Below are positions 13,785 to 28,700 of a stretch of 64,000 nt of DNA, one piece after another; the stretch's first letter is position 1; each line of letters starts with the position of its first letter. The DNA comes from Antedon mediterranea (Eukaryota > Animalia > Echinodermata), in assembly GCF_964355755.1 (NCBI RefSeq), contig NC_092678.1:8696422-8760421 (forward strand), in the 5' to 3' direction. Both the position numbers and the translations under genes were made by a program. The notes below the pieces were generated by a model. It did no database searches, had not been told where the DNA came from, and was given only the letters and a program-made list of their open reading frames with translations.

Positions 13785-13918
13785 ACAGCTCACTATGTCG
13801 GTCGGTTGGTCGGTCGGTTGATCGGTCGGTCGGTCGGTTGGTTGGTTGGTCGGTTGGTTGGTCGATAAACACTAATTCAAATTTAAGCACGTGACTGCAG
13901 CCATGTATATGGCCTTGT
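13785..13918 (+). mobile_element. HINE/DINE-1-like element with (GGTC/GGTT)n microsatellite
   Basis: CACTATGTCGGTCGG.. microsatellite followed by CACGTGACT..GCCATGTATATGGCCTTGT; related copies at 26571-26756 and 45420-45516. Confidence 0.55.
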
Positions 13919-14184
13919 ACTGTATTTTATACTTCTTGATGTTAATTGTTTGTATGTTTTAGCCTATACTTAGGGCATATATTTTATTATACAAATTGCA
14001 CCCAACTAAATAAACGCCTCCCGTTTACGGATTTTAAAAAGGCACGTAAACTTTTTAGGGTTATGTCGATTTGTATTGATCTTGTCAATAAAATGAGTCT
14101 GCTTTGTTTCTTTTATATTTCTTGGTACCTGATTTCTAAGTTTACAATATTCAGTACGATATAATAAATTACGAGTTCTTTTGA

Positions 14185-15420
14185 AATTTTAAAGATAAAT
14201 ATCCCTAGCCTTAATAAGTTTGAGTATGTCAGGTGTCATCCACGGCTGAGAAGAGTGTCTAATTTGGACTTCTTTTACCGGAGCAACTTTATCCAAAACA
14301 TTTGTGAAATTTGCACAAAAGGCTTGCCACGAGCAATCAACGGTTTCTGCCTTGTGAACATTGTGTCCCAATCAGTCTCTTGAAGAAGACGTATAAACTT
14401 TTCTCTATTATAGTATTTAGTTGATCTAATCTTCACCTTTTTATGCGTGTGGTGTTTTTGTCGCTGTATGTGACGAGTGGCATATATAGGAAAGTGATCA
14501 CTGAAGCCTATATATAGCACTCCGAATTTGTTTAGTTTGTCCGAAGAGTTGGTAATAATATGATCAAGACAAGATTCGCAGGAATCACAGATACGTGTGG
14601 GTTCGCTCATAAATTTGAGACATTCCGCTGATGTGCAGAGTCTGTTAGAATTTGATATAGTTGCTATCCCCTTTCAAGCTACACATGTTTGTATCTCCGA
14701 AAATCTAGATCTCTGAGTTTCACGGTAGTTGTTGCATAATGTCATCCATTCCATCAATAAATTCACCATGACGTTGTTTTGGTGGCCGATAACAGACTCC
14801 AACGATAAAAGGCATTGTTCTTGGGAGATGTACTTCAGACCACAGTGCCTCAATGTTGGCATTGTCACAGTCAGATCGCATAGTAATGGCCAGGGTAGAC
14901 TTGAAATATAGACATACTCCACCACCTGCTCTGACACGGTCTCGACGATATAGTTGGAAGTCTGGGATATGTATTTCATTATCGGCAATGGAACTGTCAA
15001 GGTGCGTTTTAGTGACATCAATGACTGCGACTTTGGTTCCACCAACAAGTGTTCTACGTTCAGATATTTTGGGTAGTAGAGACCGCGCATTAACATGACG
15101 AAAATGCATGCCTTTCCTTTCAGTACCTCTGCAGGATCAATGATAGAGTCCGAATTACTGCTGGAATCATTGTTGATTCCACATACTAGTGGATCCAAGT
15201 TGAGCAATGCATTGTTTTCATTTGTACAGAGGAGATACTAAAGAATGAATAATTCAGTTTTGGGAGTGCACAAAGATGGCAGCACCATTCAGAGGACCTA
15301 TTTTTAAAGAATTTTCTAAACATGAGGATTAATGTAGACACAACTAGCATGGACATTCCTAGAACAATCAAAGTATTTAAGCTGTTGTCTGTTTTTGCAA
15401 TCTTTCTTTCAATTGAGTAT
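14185..15420 (-). mobile_element. CR1-like LINE fragment (PHD remnant plus APE endonuclease)
   Basis: WCCHLCALP, HVNARSLLPK, YRRDRVRAGGGVCLY, VGVCYRPP, LDHII, SDHFPIY, PWMTPDI; frameshifted. Confidence 0.85.
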
Positions 15421-15421
15421 A

Positions 15422-15635
15422 CTAGATGGTGAGCTCAGTTCGCTCGCTCCCCCCCTCTAGGAAGTGTAGACGATGGTTCTCGGAATGATAATGTTCTCCT
15501 TGTACGTTTTCTGTCGGTTACCATTATTGAAAATGCTTGACATTCGTAAAACTACACTACTCTGTTTCACAGTGTTTTAGATGATTAATAACATTTTAAA
15601 GTATTGTGTTTATTGTTTGGTAGGGCCCTTTGGGG
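15422..15635 (-). mobile_element. Helitron 3' portion (same family as 1277-1538)
   Basis: A|CTAG-hairpin terminus and ~200 bp colinear with 1277-1500. Confidence 0.7.
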
Positions 15636-17328
15636 AGGCGGAGTTCATTTGAGGGAGGTGCTTATTCGAGGGATATATGTTACATTTTTTAGCTGTAATA
15701 ATCTAATACTAATAGATATGAAAAGTGGTTAAAAAGAATAACAAATGCTTGGTAAATTGTAGATAACAGTATGAATTCTACTACAAATTGTAAAATTGTG
15801 TTATTATAAATGTGGATGGACGTTTATTAGATAGTTGGGTTTGGGGGGCGCGGGGATTATTATTTAAAGTGATGTTTTATTGGAGAGGCGTTTATTCAAA
15901 TAAATACCATCCTAATAATTATTAATACATTATTTAATTTAAACATCTTTTGAAACTTACTGTCGTGTCAGAGTGGGCCCAAGAAAGAAGACATTACGGC
16001 TTGCAACATGGGCAGACATCTCAGTCCTAACGGGACACAGATAGCCTACAGTTATTTCTGCCAGCTTACTCAATAAAACTCAGCTATCGGGATTTTACTC
16101 GATTTTAAACAAAATGTCCTACTATATCTGTTTTTGTTCTTCCGTCTTCCAAAGGGACACTGTATTGATTGATGGAAAGTGCCTGTTTCCAGTCACCTTT
16201 AGGGTCAAATCTATTATTTTGACTGCTCCCTTGTGTATAAAAAAGGGAAAATAGTTGAAACCAGGTTGTTGCAAGGTGAACTCATTGTGAACCCGGAAAT
16301 TACTTTTACCGCGAAGAATTGAAATGGAGTTGAAAATCTACTTTGGAAATAATTAATTTTGTTAAAAAACTCTTTATAGTATCTTCCTAAGATAGAAATA
16401 TCGAACAATAGCGTCGAACTGAAAACTAATGTTATAACATCTACGTTTCGCGGTACATCTAAGATAGATAAGGCCGAGATTTGTACCGAAGTTTTTGCAT
16501 TGTGCTCGCCCTATGTCAGAATTAACCATAATTTATATATAGATAATAAACCTCTAGGCATAGTTTCTTTATAAATTAAAGTCATTTTTACTTGTATTGT
16601 ATAGCATTTTAAATTAAACCAGGGATGTACGCGTCCAACTGTAAGAATATGACCGCGAATTACCGCTCTACCATTAAACCATCGTTTAATAGCACTTTTC
16701 CGTGTCCAAATAATAAGAAAATTTGTTTTTTTCACGCATGACGTTTCATACATATACAAAATCCTGTTTTGAAAAATCAAATTGCCGGGCCACTGGTGGC
16801 GCTACGTAAAAATAATAAGAATTATATCAATTAAGAATATTTATATTTGTAGCTAGATATTGTACATACCTAATATTTATTACTATTACTATTACAGTAC
16901 AGCTATTGTTATCTTACGTATAATGAAATTTAATAATAAGTATAATAAGTATTTTTAAATCCTAAAAGTGTATTTAAAATTGTTTTTGCATAATTGTTTT
17001 AATAAATTATAATTTGCTTAATATGTTTATCATTCAAATAAAATATGGTTATCAGTATAGCAGACCAAAGCACTTTTTATCTAAAACCCAAGATAATCTA
17101 CACGTTCCTACATAGTTTAAAGCACAATTCAGCGTATGGTTGAATTGAGTGAATACTTTAGTCTTACGTATTGTAATTATAAAGCATATCTTTGATCGAG
17201 CACATGTCAAACTCGGTGCTTTCTGAGTTGGCCGAAGCCTCTTATAGTGCAACTTGCCTGTTATTGAGTAGTGTCAACAACACATATGGACTATGTGAAT
17301 TATACTGTGAAATCTACAGGCCTATTAA

Positions 17329-17668
17329 AGATGTATTGGCCCCCAAAAACTTGAAAAATTAAGATTAATTAAATCAGACTTTGAATAGGCTTTTTGTAGT
17401 TTTAATAAAGTTAATCACTTCCGTAGAAAAAAAGAAGAAAACAAATTAATGTTTTCACTTATAAAATGACAAAATAAATGGTTAAATTCAACCAAAAATC
17501 CATTGTCTAGGCATTGACTATTTTTGGCTTAAAATTACAGTTTTTTAGGTAAATACATTTTTTTCGATCTAATTTTTGGTCGAAGTGGATAACTATTATG
17601 TGACATTAAAATGGTATATTCAACAAAAACATTTTTAATAATTATTTTTTCACGGGGACAATACATCT
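17329..17668. mobile_element. MITE with AGATGTATTGTCCCC TIR and TTAA TSD (Kolobok-like)
   Basis: TTAA|AGATGTATTGGCCCC ... GGGGACAATACATCT|TTAA; three copies in the window. Confidence 0.8.
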
Positions 17669-18139
17669 TTAAAGTGCACAGGCTTTATTTTAGTAATGTC
17701 ACTACAGTATAAGTTCTCATATTAGAAATATATTGAGGGTGGTCGCTTGTTCAGTGACCTAACGTGCTACGGCCTAGGTCATCTTCTTATCATTTATCTT
17801 ATTATTGCTAATTTTTAAATGGTGTAGAGAATTGAAGGAGATGATTATTGATTACGCACTGTATCTAGGTAACTTAAATTGTTTATTTCAACGGTATTTT
17901 AATTACAATGTACACGTAATTTAACGCTCAAATAAAGTTGTCGAAAAAATAGAAATTGTATTTTCATATTATGTACATATATAATATACATACATGCGCG
18001 TACATACTTTATTCTTTAACAACAAGACTGACATGGCTATAAAACAAGAAGCTGTAGATGTTTATGTAAGCTAACGCTATAAAACGTATTGCTTGGCAAA
18101 TGTAGAGAGAGCGACAGAGGGCGTCTTACTTATTATTTC

Positions 18140-18288
18140 CGCCCAACACTATCAAACTTTGTATGACAAATGATGTGCCCAAATGGACATGATGATCTCA
18201 TATCACTACTATATTTGGGCATATCACTACTACATTTGGGCACATCACAATTTGTTGTCAAACTAGTTTGATAGTGTTGACAGAGCAT
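18140..18288. mobile_element. Palindromic MITE
   Basis: CAACACTATCAAACT ... AGTTTGATAGTGTTG inverted repeats with an internal GCCCAAAT/ATTTGGGC palindrome; related copy at ~24665-24772. Confidence 0.6.
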
Positions 18289-18631
18289 AATTATAATAAG
18301 CTTTTATGACGTCAGCGATATATCGATTTTCCTGACAATCATTTTTCATGTTCTGTTTGTATATAAGTGCAATTCATATAATTTGACCAATGACTACGCG
18401 TTGATTTGAAATACCACCTCAGACCATTGATCTGGGTATCGACAATTGTTTTTCTCGAGTAAGTTTCCGAGTCGACACTAAGCAATCTCGAGACGCACGG
18501 TGGAGAAAGAAAGAGATAATGCTTGATATCATGGAATGAAGCTAAAGCAAAATCTAGAAAAATAACTGATTGAGGAGAACATCTTGTAGTCTTATGGGCG
18601 GGATAATCTGTCCAAAAAGGTTATATGTTAA

Positions 18632-18900
18632 AGATGTATTGTCCCCAAAAACCTGAAAAAAAAAAAGATTAATACAATCTTTGGATTGCCCATTTTACAG
18701 TTTTAATAAAGTTACACATCAGCAAAAATTATTATTTCACTTATAAAAAGACAAAAGAAACGTTTAATTTTTAATAATATTCAAGAAAATATGTATATCT
18801 TTTTCGATCCAGTTTTTGGTCAAAGTGAATAACTATTATGTGACATTAAAATGGCATATTCAACCAAAAAAAACAACAAAAAACAGAGGACAATACATCT
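18632..18900. mobile_element. Kolobok-like MITE, copy 2
   Basis: TTAA|AGATGTATTGTCCCC ... GGACAATACATCT|TTAA. Confidence 0.8.
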
Positions 18901-19680
18901 TTAAGTAAGGTTATTTCCGTGCAGTTTTGAGAAAAATACAAATTCACCTATTTCGTTATCATACACCATGAATTTGAAAGAATTATTGTGTAAAAGCGGG
19001 CAGGCCTAGTAGGGTTCTATAAAGCTTTCGTGTTTTCTAAATAACTTTTCTTAGAAACTACAAGAAATAAGTATGTTTTAGTAAAACTTGATCATCGTAT
19101 AGTTTATATAACTATAAAATACAAACTATTAAATATTATTATATTATTATAACTCTTGTCTTAATTCTATTGATTGTGATCTAGTAATTCTATTGTTTTT
19201 GATCTAGTAAAGCTAAAAAAATATGAAACACTTTTTGTACCAAAATATAAATGTGTTCTCTTAAAACGCAAGTCCGATATTAACGCCATTCGAGCTGTGG
19301 CACCTTTTACAATTCCCCTTTATGCATTAGTCTATATTAAACAGAAATTTTTTACAAAAAAAGGTGTTTTTAGACCAATTTCTTTGCAACTGCCGAACCC
19401 TGAGATCGGTAATTCTTGGCCGTTCCCAACATCGATCGAGCATGCAAAACACAATAACAATTAAAGAGAGACCATGCCCATACTGATTTATTTCGAACGT
19501 AAATCCCATCCCAGATAGACGGTAAGAATTCTCAGCTCATCTCCTCATGTTCGTACCCCAATACATCCATCCCTGCCTAACTAAACTATGAAATCCTAGC
19601 TCACAACACCATTTTCCAAATGCAATCAATTGCAAGCCTACTCTAAGGGGGCTATTTTTCTCGATCATTGCTACGAAAGG

Positions 19681-19750
19681 ATGACGTCACCTAGAAACGA
19701 CAACAACAGATTTCCAGGAAGTAGCAGTGGACCGGATCACTTGTAAACAA
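19681..19750 (+). promoter_or_regulatory. Candidate ROCO promoter: CRE, GAS(STAT)/ETS and FOX-like motifs
   Basis: TGACGTCA at 19682-19689, TTCCAGGAA at 19712-19720 overlapping CAGGAAGT, and GTAAACA at ~19743, all directly before GCCATGG (ATG 19761) and a GTGAGT donor. Confidence 0.4.
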
Positions 19751-19760
19751 GACATCAGCC

Positions 19761-22700
19761 ATGGCAAAAGCTAAAGAATGTGAGTAAATTCTTTACTGGA
19801 TTTGTCAAACAAAATGATATTTTGCTATTCAGAGACTGCGGCAATTAACAAACTCATAGAATAATAAATAAAGACGCATACAACATAAGTTCTGGCTTAA
19901 ATAGTTTAATTAGTAAATGAACATTCACCCATGTAAAACTGCACATAAAATTCATAAGCAAATATAAGTTATATAGCAATAATTTTCCAATTCTAAGTAA
20001 GCACAACAGGGATGCTCAGAGAAAAATAGCCCGCGGCAGGTGCCAAGCCAAGGCACCGCCAAGAGCAGCCCACATTATTACAGTTGACTAAGAATAGAAT
20101 GATTATTGTATAGCAAAATAAACTATGATTTTGTCCTGAGTGGCGAGTAAATATATTAATGAGACAACCATCTTTAAATAGAGATGTCATTTATTACATT
20201 AAATGACGAAGATAAATGTATGCTATACGTAAAAGTATGGGCCGTGCTACCGTTAGTGGACATGTTAGTCTCGTTTACTTTTTTTTGACATAGCAATACC
20301 ATCAAAGCAATATCTACGAGATTGACTTCGTGAAGGAGTGATCTAGAACTATTACAAATCAGAAAGAAAAATAAACTAATATTGGTAGTAATAATAATGT
20401 GTATTATTATAAAAGTAAAACAAGTCAAAAAATAAAGAAATAGTTGGTTGTCATTTGTCGCACTTTTATTTTGTCATTGTTGGTTCAATAATATACATTT
20501 TGTTTTTATAAGCCAAATGTAACATATTATACATTTATTTATTTAACTATAGCAAGGCATTTAATGAATAGGCAAACTGCCTTATAACTTAGGCGTCACG
20601 CTTTCCATATGATTGTTTGTTGCCTACGTTCCTTGTTGTTTTATCATGCTAATTACTCTCTTATTTACATACAACCTGTCATATTGGTATAAAAGTACTC
20701 TGGGCGTTGTTTTCTGTTCTTCTGATGATGAGAATAGTTTCTCGAAACTTGTCACATTTTTAAGGCAGTTTGCCTATTCATTAAATGCCTTACTATAGTT
20801 ATTTTAACTCGTAAGTTCGGTGGAATCATTCATGATTTATTTATTTAGGCCTATGTTCTTTTCTATCAATATTATTTAATACACCGTATTTTGTGTATTT
20901 CTTTATAATGTTATGGTGGAAATCATTTTTCATCGGTAGGTCCATGGATACACAAGAAGCCAGGAGGACAAGACGACAAACGTAACACACGATGTACCCC
21001 TCGGCGCATAATTTTATGTTTATCGATACCTAAAAACAAAAAACAAGTAACAATTCTAAATTAATACTGTTGATCCTGCAGCGATTTACAAATCATATGC
21101 GGCGGCAATATTGTTTTTTTTTTCTTTTCGTGGTAATCACCCTCCTTTATTGCAATTTCTTCTCATTTTCATTAACATGACTTAAGAGGTATTTATAAAC
21201 GTATTCATTTACAAACCAATGTATAATAGTATAAATAATTCTGTCATTCTTAAAACGATATAGATACATATTTGGCATAAATAGACTATACAGATGAAGC
21301 AATATTCTAGTACAAATTCAATCGTTTACTTGCATTCGCGCAAAAAAAGCGGTGCTCATCAGAACTGAAAAAAGGTCCAATTTGTAGAACGAGGTCTTTC
21401 CTGAAAAAGTATCATTGTCAGTAACCCAGGAAAGCACACAACAGGTGTTAGTTGGGGCGAGATTATTGCAGCCTCGATAGGTACTATTCGCAAAATCATT
21501 TTTTTAGTTTGTTCTGCTTCATGGTCTTCGATTGTAATTTTATTTGAATATATATATAAATTATTAATTTACTAACAGTATTGTAGGAATAATTGAAATA
21601 TTATTAATTTCATTCGTTGTGTATTTTTCTACTTCTTTCTTACCTGCTTCATTGGCCATTTGTGCAATTTTGTCTGTAGAGAAAATACAGAAAAATTACA
21701 GTATAATATTCTGCTTCCACTTCATTTAATCTGCATTATGCATCTGTCTAGAATTATGGCATTTTATAATTGAGAAAGATTCATACGCTAATGGTATAAA
21801 GCGGTGTGGCGTGTTCATAATCAACTTTCAAGTGTGTTTCTGATTTTTGTTTTCAAATAATAAACTCCTACACGCGTATTTCTTTGATATATAGTTTGTA
21901 TGGAGTTGGATAGCCGAGTGGTTAGGACACTTGACTGTCATACAAATACACCCGGGTTCAATTCCCGACAACTCCCTGATGAGTACCTACGTTGAAAATA
22001 CTAGGGAGAAAAAAGGCGGCGTGGAAAGGAACTGGTCACACTACCACATATTGCCGAGGCTTAGTACAACTAGATGGTACGCTCGCTTCGCTCGCGTACC
22101 ATCTAGGTCGTACCCACAGATGGTTCTCGAATACACAGTAATTTCAGCGTAACAAAACTGGCGATTTCAAATACATTGTCGTTTACAGAAACGAATAAAT
22201 AGACACGATGATTTATGTAGTAAACTAAAATTAACACCCTGGGAATTACTTCCGAAGGAGAAACTTATCACAAAATGAGTCCAAATTTTTGATTTGGACT
22301 TATTTAAAGAAACCCAATTTGTGTTTTGTATGTAACATTAGGGTTGAGGGATGGGAAAGCGGATAGGTACAAAGAAGAACAATTTTTAAATATATTCTTT
22401 ATCCACTCAGTAACGAAATATTTCTTTCATGTTTTATAGGCCTATAAATAATATAGGCCTACATCTAAATACAGTAAAACATTTGCGATTTAATACTTTG
22501 TTAAAACTGTCACTGTCATAATCGATTGAAATATTAAAGTACACGATACACCACTACGACGTTTATATTTTTGGTAATTATTAATTAATACAAACGTTGA
22601 GAAGGAACTGTCAGTATAAAGTTTATTTGTATATAATAATGTGTTTATATATCTAACAGTAGAGCCTATCCACAATCTCAGTAATAAAGTTTATTTGTAT

Positions 22701-25700
22701 ATATTTTTATATTACATCTAACAGTACGAACATTCACAGTAAGAAATGTTCGATTCAAATGAGGACCAACAATATATTTAATAGGTATTTACAGTATTGT
22801 CGAAGTATTGCAAGTATATTCTCAAAGGCCCATATATTTACCTACTTTTGTTAAACTCTGGCAGACTGAGAGATTGGGATGTTCCATTCATCTCAAATCA
22901 ATAAATTTGTAGAATCGTATATTAAATCTATCAAAATAGTATTTTTAAAGAAAATCGGCCTGTCTTCAACATTATGATGCTGTACTCTAGCTGTTCGACC
23001 GGTTTCCAGCCATTAAAAACAATTATCGTAGGAGGAGATAGGAAAATGCGAAGCCTCCTCGCATTTTTGTGGCGGGTATTTTTCAAGATGGACATCCATT
23101 AGACAGTGTATACTACGATCGGAAAACACCCCTATTTGGGGCAAATCGTTGAACCTAAATTCATTTTAATCGTCAATAAATAATTATCTAACTTAATTTA
23201 ATTAGTAAACAGGGTTACACCAGATGGTTAAAATCAATACCGAAAGTACGAACCAACTTTATATACCATCGAGTACAAATTCTAAAAGTAAGGCGCGATT
23301 TACCGAATTTTGCCCTTACGTAAATTTATATATAGATTGTCAATTAATCGGTAAATAGAACTATTTACTTATAAATATACTATTTACTAATAATTAAAAA
23401 ATAAGTTAATAATTCTAATAGAATTTTTTACAAACCCTATAATATATAATGCGTAATAAAAATGGAAATAAATAGCATTAACCAATGCAGAACTAGTTAG
23501 ACAATGTATGTACACATACTAATGCATATTAATCTTTTTTTACAGAGAACGCATAGAGTAAGTATAATCTTAAATTATATTTTTTTTTTATTAAAATGTG
23601 AAATTTAAAATACTACTGTACTATAATTATAATGAAATCTAAATTAAATGCACTTATTATGGTCATGACAAAGCATAACACAAGAACTGTGTATTAAATA
23701 ATTGCATTTACAGTATTATTAATAATAATTGTCTAAATTACAAAAAGAAAAAGAAAGTATATATAATAGATTTTTGTTAAAAAATAACATTTTCTAATGG
23801 TAGTAGGCGTGTAACCTTTCAAATCATAAGAAAATCAAGAATAAACTTATTATATTATAATAAATAATATAATTGCAGTGCGTTGCAGTCTGCAATTCAG
23901 ACATATTTATGCATTATTTATGTAAACATACTAATGAATTTAAACAATTTTTTACAGAGAATATAGAAAAAATCAAGAGTAAGTATGAACGAAAATTAAA
24001 AATTTGTTACGGTTGTTTTTAATTGGAAAGTAAAATGAAATGTTTACACAATAATGTATCTATTTGTGAAAAGGGCTGAATTTTGGCGAGTTATAGATGA
24101 ACTTTCAAGTGGAATCAATGTGAATGATCTGATGAGATGTTGAAGGTTGCCCTCTATGACATAATCGACAACAAAGAAGAATTAAAAGAAGCAACAGCTA
24201 ATAGTTTATTTAAACTATTACATTATGAGGGTTACGTTGTAATTGTTTGGAGTGTTCATTGTGATCTACTATTTGAAGTATTTGAGGCGACAACTCTCTC
24301 AAATACTATCCGAGAAGTATTATAGAGAGAACAAGGAACATTTAATCACTGGCTACAGACGAATGCTAGTTCAAATTGGAAAATCATTAAATGATGAACA
24401 AGTGGACATCCTTGCAAAGCTCTGTAATGTTGAAACAAACGTATCAGAAGATTCTTGGAATTTAATTAACAGATTGACTCAAGGCAAAATTGAAGACACT
24501 ATAGAATCTTTGACGAAATTCGTTGAAATTCTGAAAGACCAACAAGATTTGAAACATATCATTAAAATTGTAAGATCATTTGGTAAGTACCGATGTCTTT
24601 TTACAGCAGCATCGTTCGATTTAAATTGTAATCAGATGTGTTCTTCTAGGACAAGATTAAACCTCTTTCTTCATTATCAAACTAGACAAAAAAAGGTACG
24701 GTAGTGATATGTCCATATTTGGGCACATCACATGTTTTTGCCCAATAATGTTTGATAGTATAGACAGCGCTTTAGACACAACATTTTCTGTATTTTGTTT
24801 GTTGTGTTTTTTTCTTTATTTAAGCAGCTTTAATTGATTTTAAACAAATATAATAATAATAGTATTTACATGCATCAAGAAACCAAATGTACCACCTTGG
24901 CAAGTTTACAAGTTGTCATGCAGCCAGCATGGCGATAACCAGCAAAGATGGCACATTGTATTACGCTCGTCGCACTGTGTATATATTGAACCACATTGGA
25001 ATAATAATATGTGTACATTTTGTTTCAGTGCAACAGAAAAAACTGAATGAAGGTAAGTCAAAACGATAAAGAATAGTGGCCTAGCTGTAAACGTTTGTAT
25101 ATGATACCGTATGCGAGTATCTAATGGAAAATATTAAACTTAATGTGTAAATTTTTATACAATAATGTGTTTATTAGTTTATTTTGTATTACACATGTTT
25201 GCTTTTTATATTTGTTTTAATAAAAATGTTAATGTAAAAACCATTTAGGCAAATAATATTCCTTTCCCTTAAATGTTGAGTTAAGTTATGCTACTTACAT
25301 TTTTTAAATCGTTTATCTCTATGACAAATTAAGCAATTACTTATACACTATGTTCCTTGGCTGAATTGTATAAGCAGCTTCACTAAAAGACATATCATTA
25401 CAGCAAACTATTTATCTTCATTATACGGTATATCTCAAAATGTGAAATCACAAAAATCTTTTTTTTTATAAATCTCATTAAAAATGTCATTGAAAGTATT
25501 CTCACTTTTAGTATTATTTTGTGGTTTACCGTGGCCATGTAAGGATAAGTTGGAACTAAACGTTTTGTTAATTATGCTTTATTCGAATAATTTTTGATAT
25601 AAAAGAATAACTAAAAAAACGCATTCAATTTAACAAGACCCAATCCCATTTTATGCCCTAAGTATTAACCATTTGCCATTAGAGCACTAAGAGAGTGATG

Positions 25701-28700
25701 TTCCATGGTTTTTTTTACTTTTTTTGTATTGTCCTGTGGTCTCAGAGCAACATCAATGTCTTTTATGCAAATGATATAATACATGAAATTATGAATTATT
25801 TTTATTTGCATTATATGTGCCTTAAAGTTCCTATTGAGGTGTTGGCGAGAGGTCAAGAGGCTAAGAATGCATTTCTTGATGCCATAAAAGAAGGCAGCAA
25901 ACCTATATACCAAACACGTCTAATGCTTGTAGGACAAGAGCGTGTTGGTAAAACCAGTCTAACTAAAGCACTCACTGGTCAACAGTAAGTAGGCCAAATT
26001 GTTTGTGTTTTAGAGTTATTGTGCAACTATTAAAGCTGTGTTATAAATATTTTAAAAATTTCAAATAATAGTCACCTTAATAGTAATAGTATGCAAATTA
26101 CATAAGCACTGTTATGTAATTAACTAATATAAATATTCTGCTATCCTGTATTTATGTGAACTTAGATGTTAAACCTAGAAAAGATATTACTAAACAGTTT
26201 TTGAGTTCTGATTTTCTAGCATTTTCTTTAAGCTCCGAAATCGTGTGTTTACATTGACTCTGAATTAGTACGAGGTTTCAGAATCGTTTTGTAGCCATTC
26301 CTAAAATCCAAAAGGTTATCCGAAAAGATACAAATTCACATAATTATACTGAAAAAACTTTACGATAATGCGAAATGCAAAATCTTAGTAAACACAAAAT
26401 ATGTTAGAGTCATAGAAAATAAAGGAATCACTACATACATTGGAACAATCCTATACTAAACAAACAAGTTAAACATCTAAACTTAAAGCCAACAATTTGA
26501 ATACTTTACGTGAACTCACGCAGAAGCAAGGTCTTACATACTTTGATAAATACACTTTTTTTAAATGCGGTTTTTAGTCGCGTGGACGCGACTCTATAGT
26601 TCACTATGTCGGTCGGTCGGTCTGTCGGTCTGTCGGTCCGGTATCAGGTCGGTCCGGTTTTATCGCTTTTCTGTACTTTTTGAAATGTTTTGAACATTAC
26701 ATTACTTTTTGAAAGTTCATTTTTTTCACGCGACTTATGGCTGTTGGCCTTGTTTTTGTGAACTTACGTCTTTTAGTTTAAATTATTAAATACTTTAGTT
26801 CCAGTAATTTACATCGTAAGTTTGAGAAATGTATGTACTTTCTTTAAAAGTTGAATTAGACTATTAGACTTTACATAACTGCAAGACATTCGGGTTTTTT
26901 TTTCTATTTTTTACAGTTTTAGACATTGACCTTAAGTAATCAGTTCAAATATATTTGTTAGCAATTCAGATCATCATTAGTAACATGTTGCAATAACGTT
27001 TTTGATTTTAAAAACAATTCAGCTAATACTGCCCAAGTAACCTGTACATAAATTTTTTTTAACGCTTTGTTTTCTAACACTGTATTGTTTTAATGAATAT
27101 TTATATTGCCTGAAAGGTTGTGTCATAGAATGTGTTTCAGATATAATATACAATACATTACTTCTAATATTTATTTAGATTTGATGCTAATGAAAAAGTT
27201 ACTGATGGAATCGAAGCATCATTGTCATGCACAATTAATGTTAAGCATACTACTAACTGGACACCAAATCAGAGTAAAGGTATAAACTTAAACCTCTTTG
27301 AATGAGCGGCTACCACGAACATTATGTATTGACATTATTTCATTCTACAAATAGCAAGAAGCCTGTGTGCCAAATCTTTGTTTTCCTTTGATTCATTAGG
27401 CATGCGCTTACCTGACTTATTCAATCGCTGTCAATCATCCTTGCATGTGTATCCATTATTTGAAAGTTATGGAACTGATGCTTTTGTGTCCCCACAAAAT
27501 GAGTATTTACATGGTATTTCTGGCCATATCCAGCTAAAAAGATTCCAGCTAAGATTGTCATAAATTTAAAGTCTTAGGTAACTAGTGTTGTTTACTACTT
27601 CCAATAATTCCTTTCCCACCTAGATATTCAGAGATCCAAGAGCGTAAAGTAACTACAGTCCTTTAGCTATTATACAGTGTTGAATGGTGCCAGCATTATT
27701 ATTATTAGGCCTATTTGCAAACATTTAACATTGCATTAATTTTTACTATTCACAGAAATAAACAAAGCACGACAAGAATATATAAGAGCTCTTGCAGAAC
27801 AAATTGTAAAAGATATTTTGCAGGATAAAAAACAGAAACAAAAGGTTAGAACAATGTGATTAAGAATATCACAAATTAAATTTAAACAATCTGTTTGTAT
27901 CATAATGACTGTGTTTTAATTATATAATTAAAGTTATGTCATGATTTACAATATACAGAAATTAAGGGAAGACGACAAGAAAAAGCAAGAAAATAAAGAA
28001 GTCGGCAGTTTTGCTGATCCAGAGGAAGCAAATCCAATAACGTATTTAACTTCTTCACGTAAAGGTATGACATTTCTTTTTATAAAATATCATGTTTCAA
28101 AGTTCAAAGTTCTCTTTACAATATATATAAATGAAGAACAAACAACAAGTGTGAGTAATTTGCCTCACTACTGCCTCACACTTTATTTTTATAATTATAT
28201 AATTATTATATATTTGCAAATGTATTGTTTAAACTAGTTAATAATTAGTGCCCACATTAAACACATGCATAACATACATGTCTTTTTTTTCTGTTAGAGA
28301 AAAAAAGAAAGAAAGAAACATTGAAAGAAAGGGTGGCAAGAGCAGTTAGGGAAACATTTAGAATGTTTTTGACGATGGAAAGAAAAAAAGGAGAAAAACA
28401 ACAGGTTTGTTTCTACTCCGTTTATTGTATAGTTTTTAGTTTAAATTTATTAGGTTCTGGACAGAACAAATGCTATACAAAGGTAAACTTGGACCTAAAA
28501 TATTGTTTGAAACAGCGAAACAAACTTAATTATTTCAGAGTCCACAGCACGCTACATAATGTGGATGCAAACTTTATATAATGTATTATTTAATCAGGAC
28601 GTATAAAAATGTAAACATTTGATTTCATTTTCTAAGAGGTTACCTTGCTTATTTAATTCCTCCTTTGCTTTTTTACATGCACTGTATCCTACTGAGTTTT

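Noticed and set aside
20940-21046. Possible ROCO exon 2 (CPWIHKKPGGQDD..)
   Set aside because: Open in phase with exon 1, but no convincing donor gives the phase needed downstream; left unannotated.
21902-21976. Functional tRNA-Asp(GTC) gene
   Set aside because: The D and anticodon stems pair poorly, there is no oligo-T terminator, and the sequence continues into a SINE-like body.
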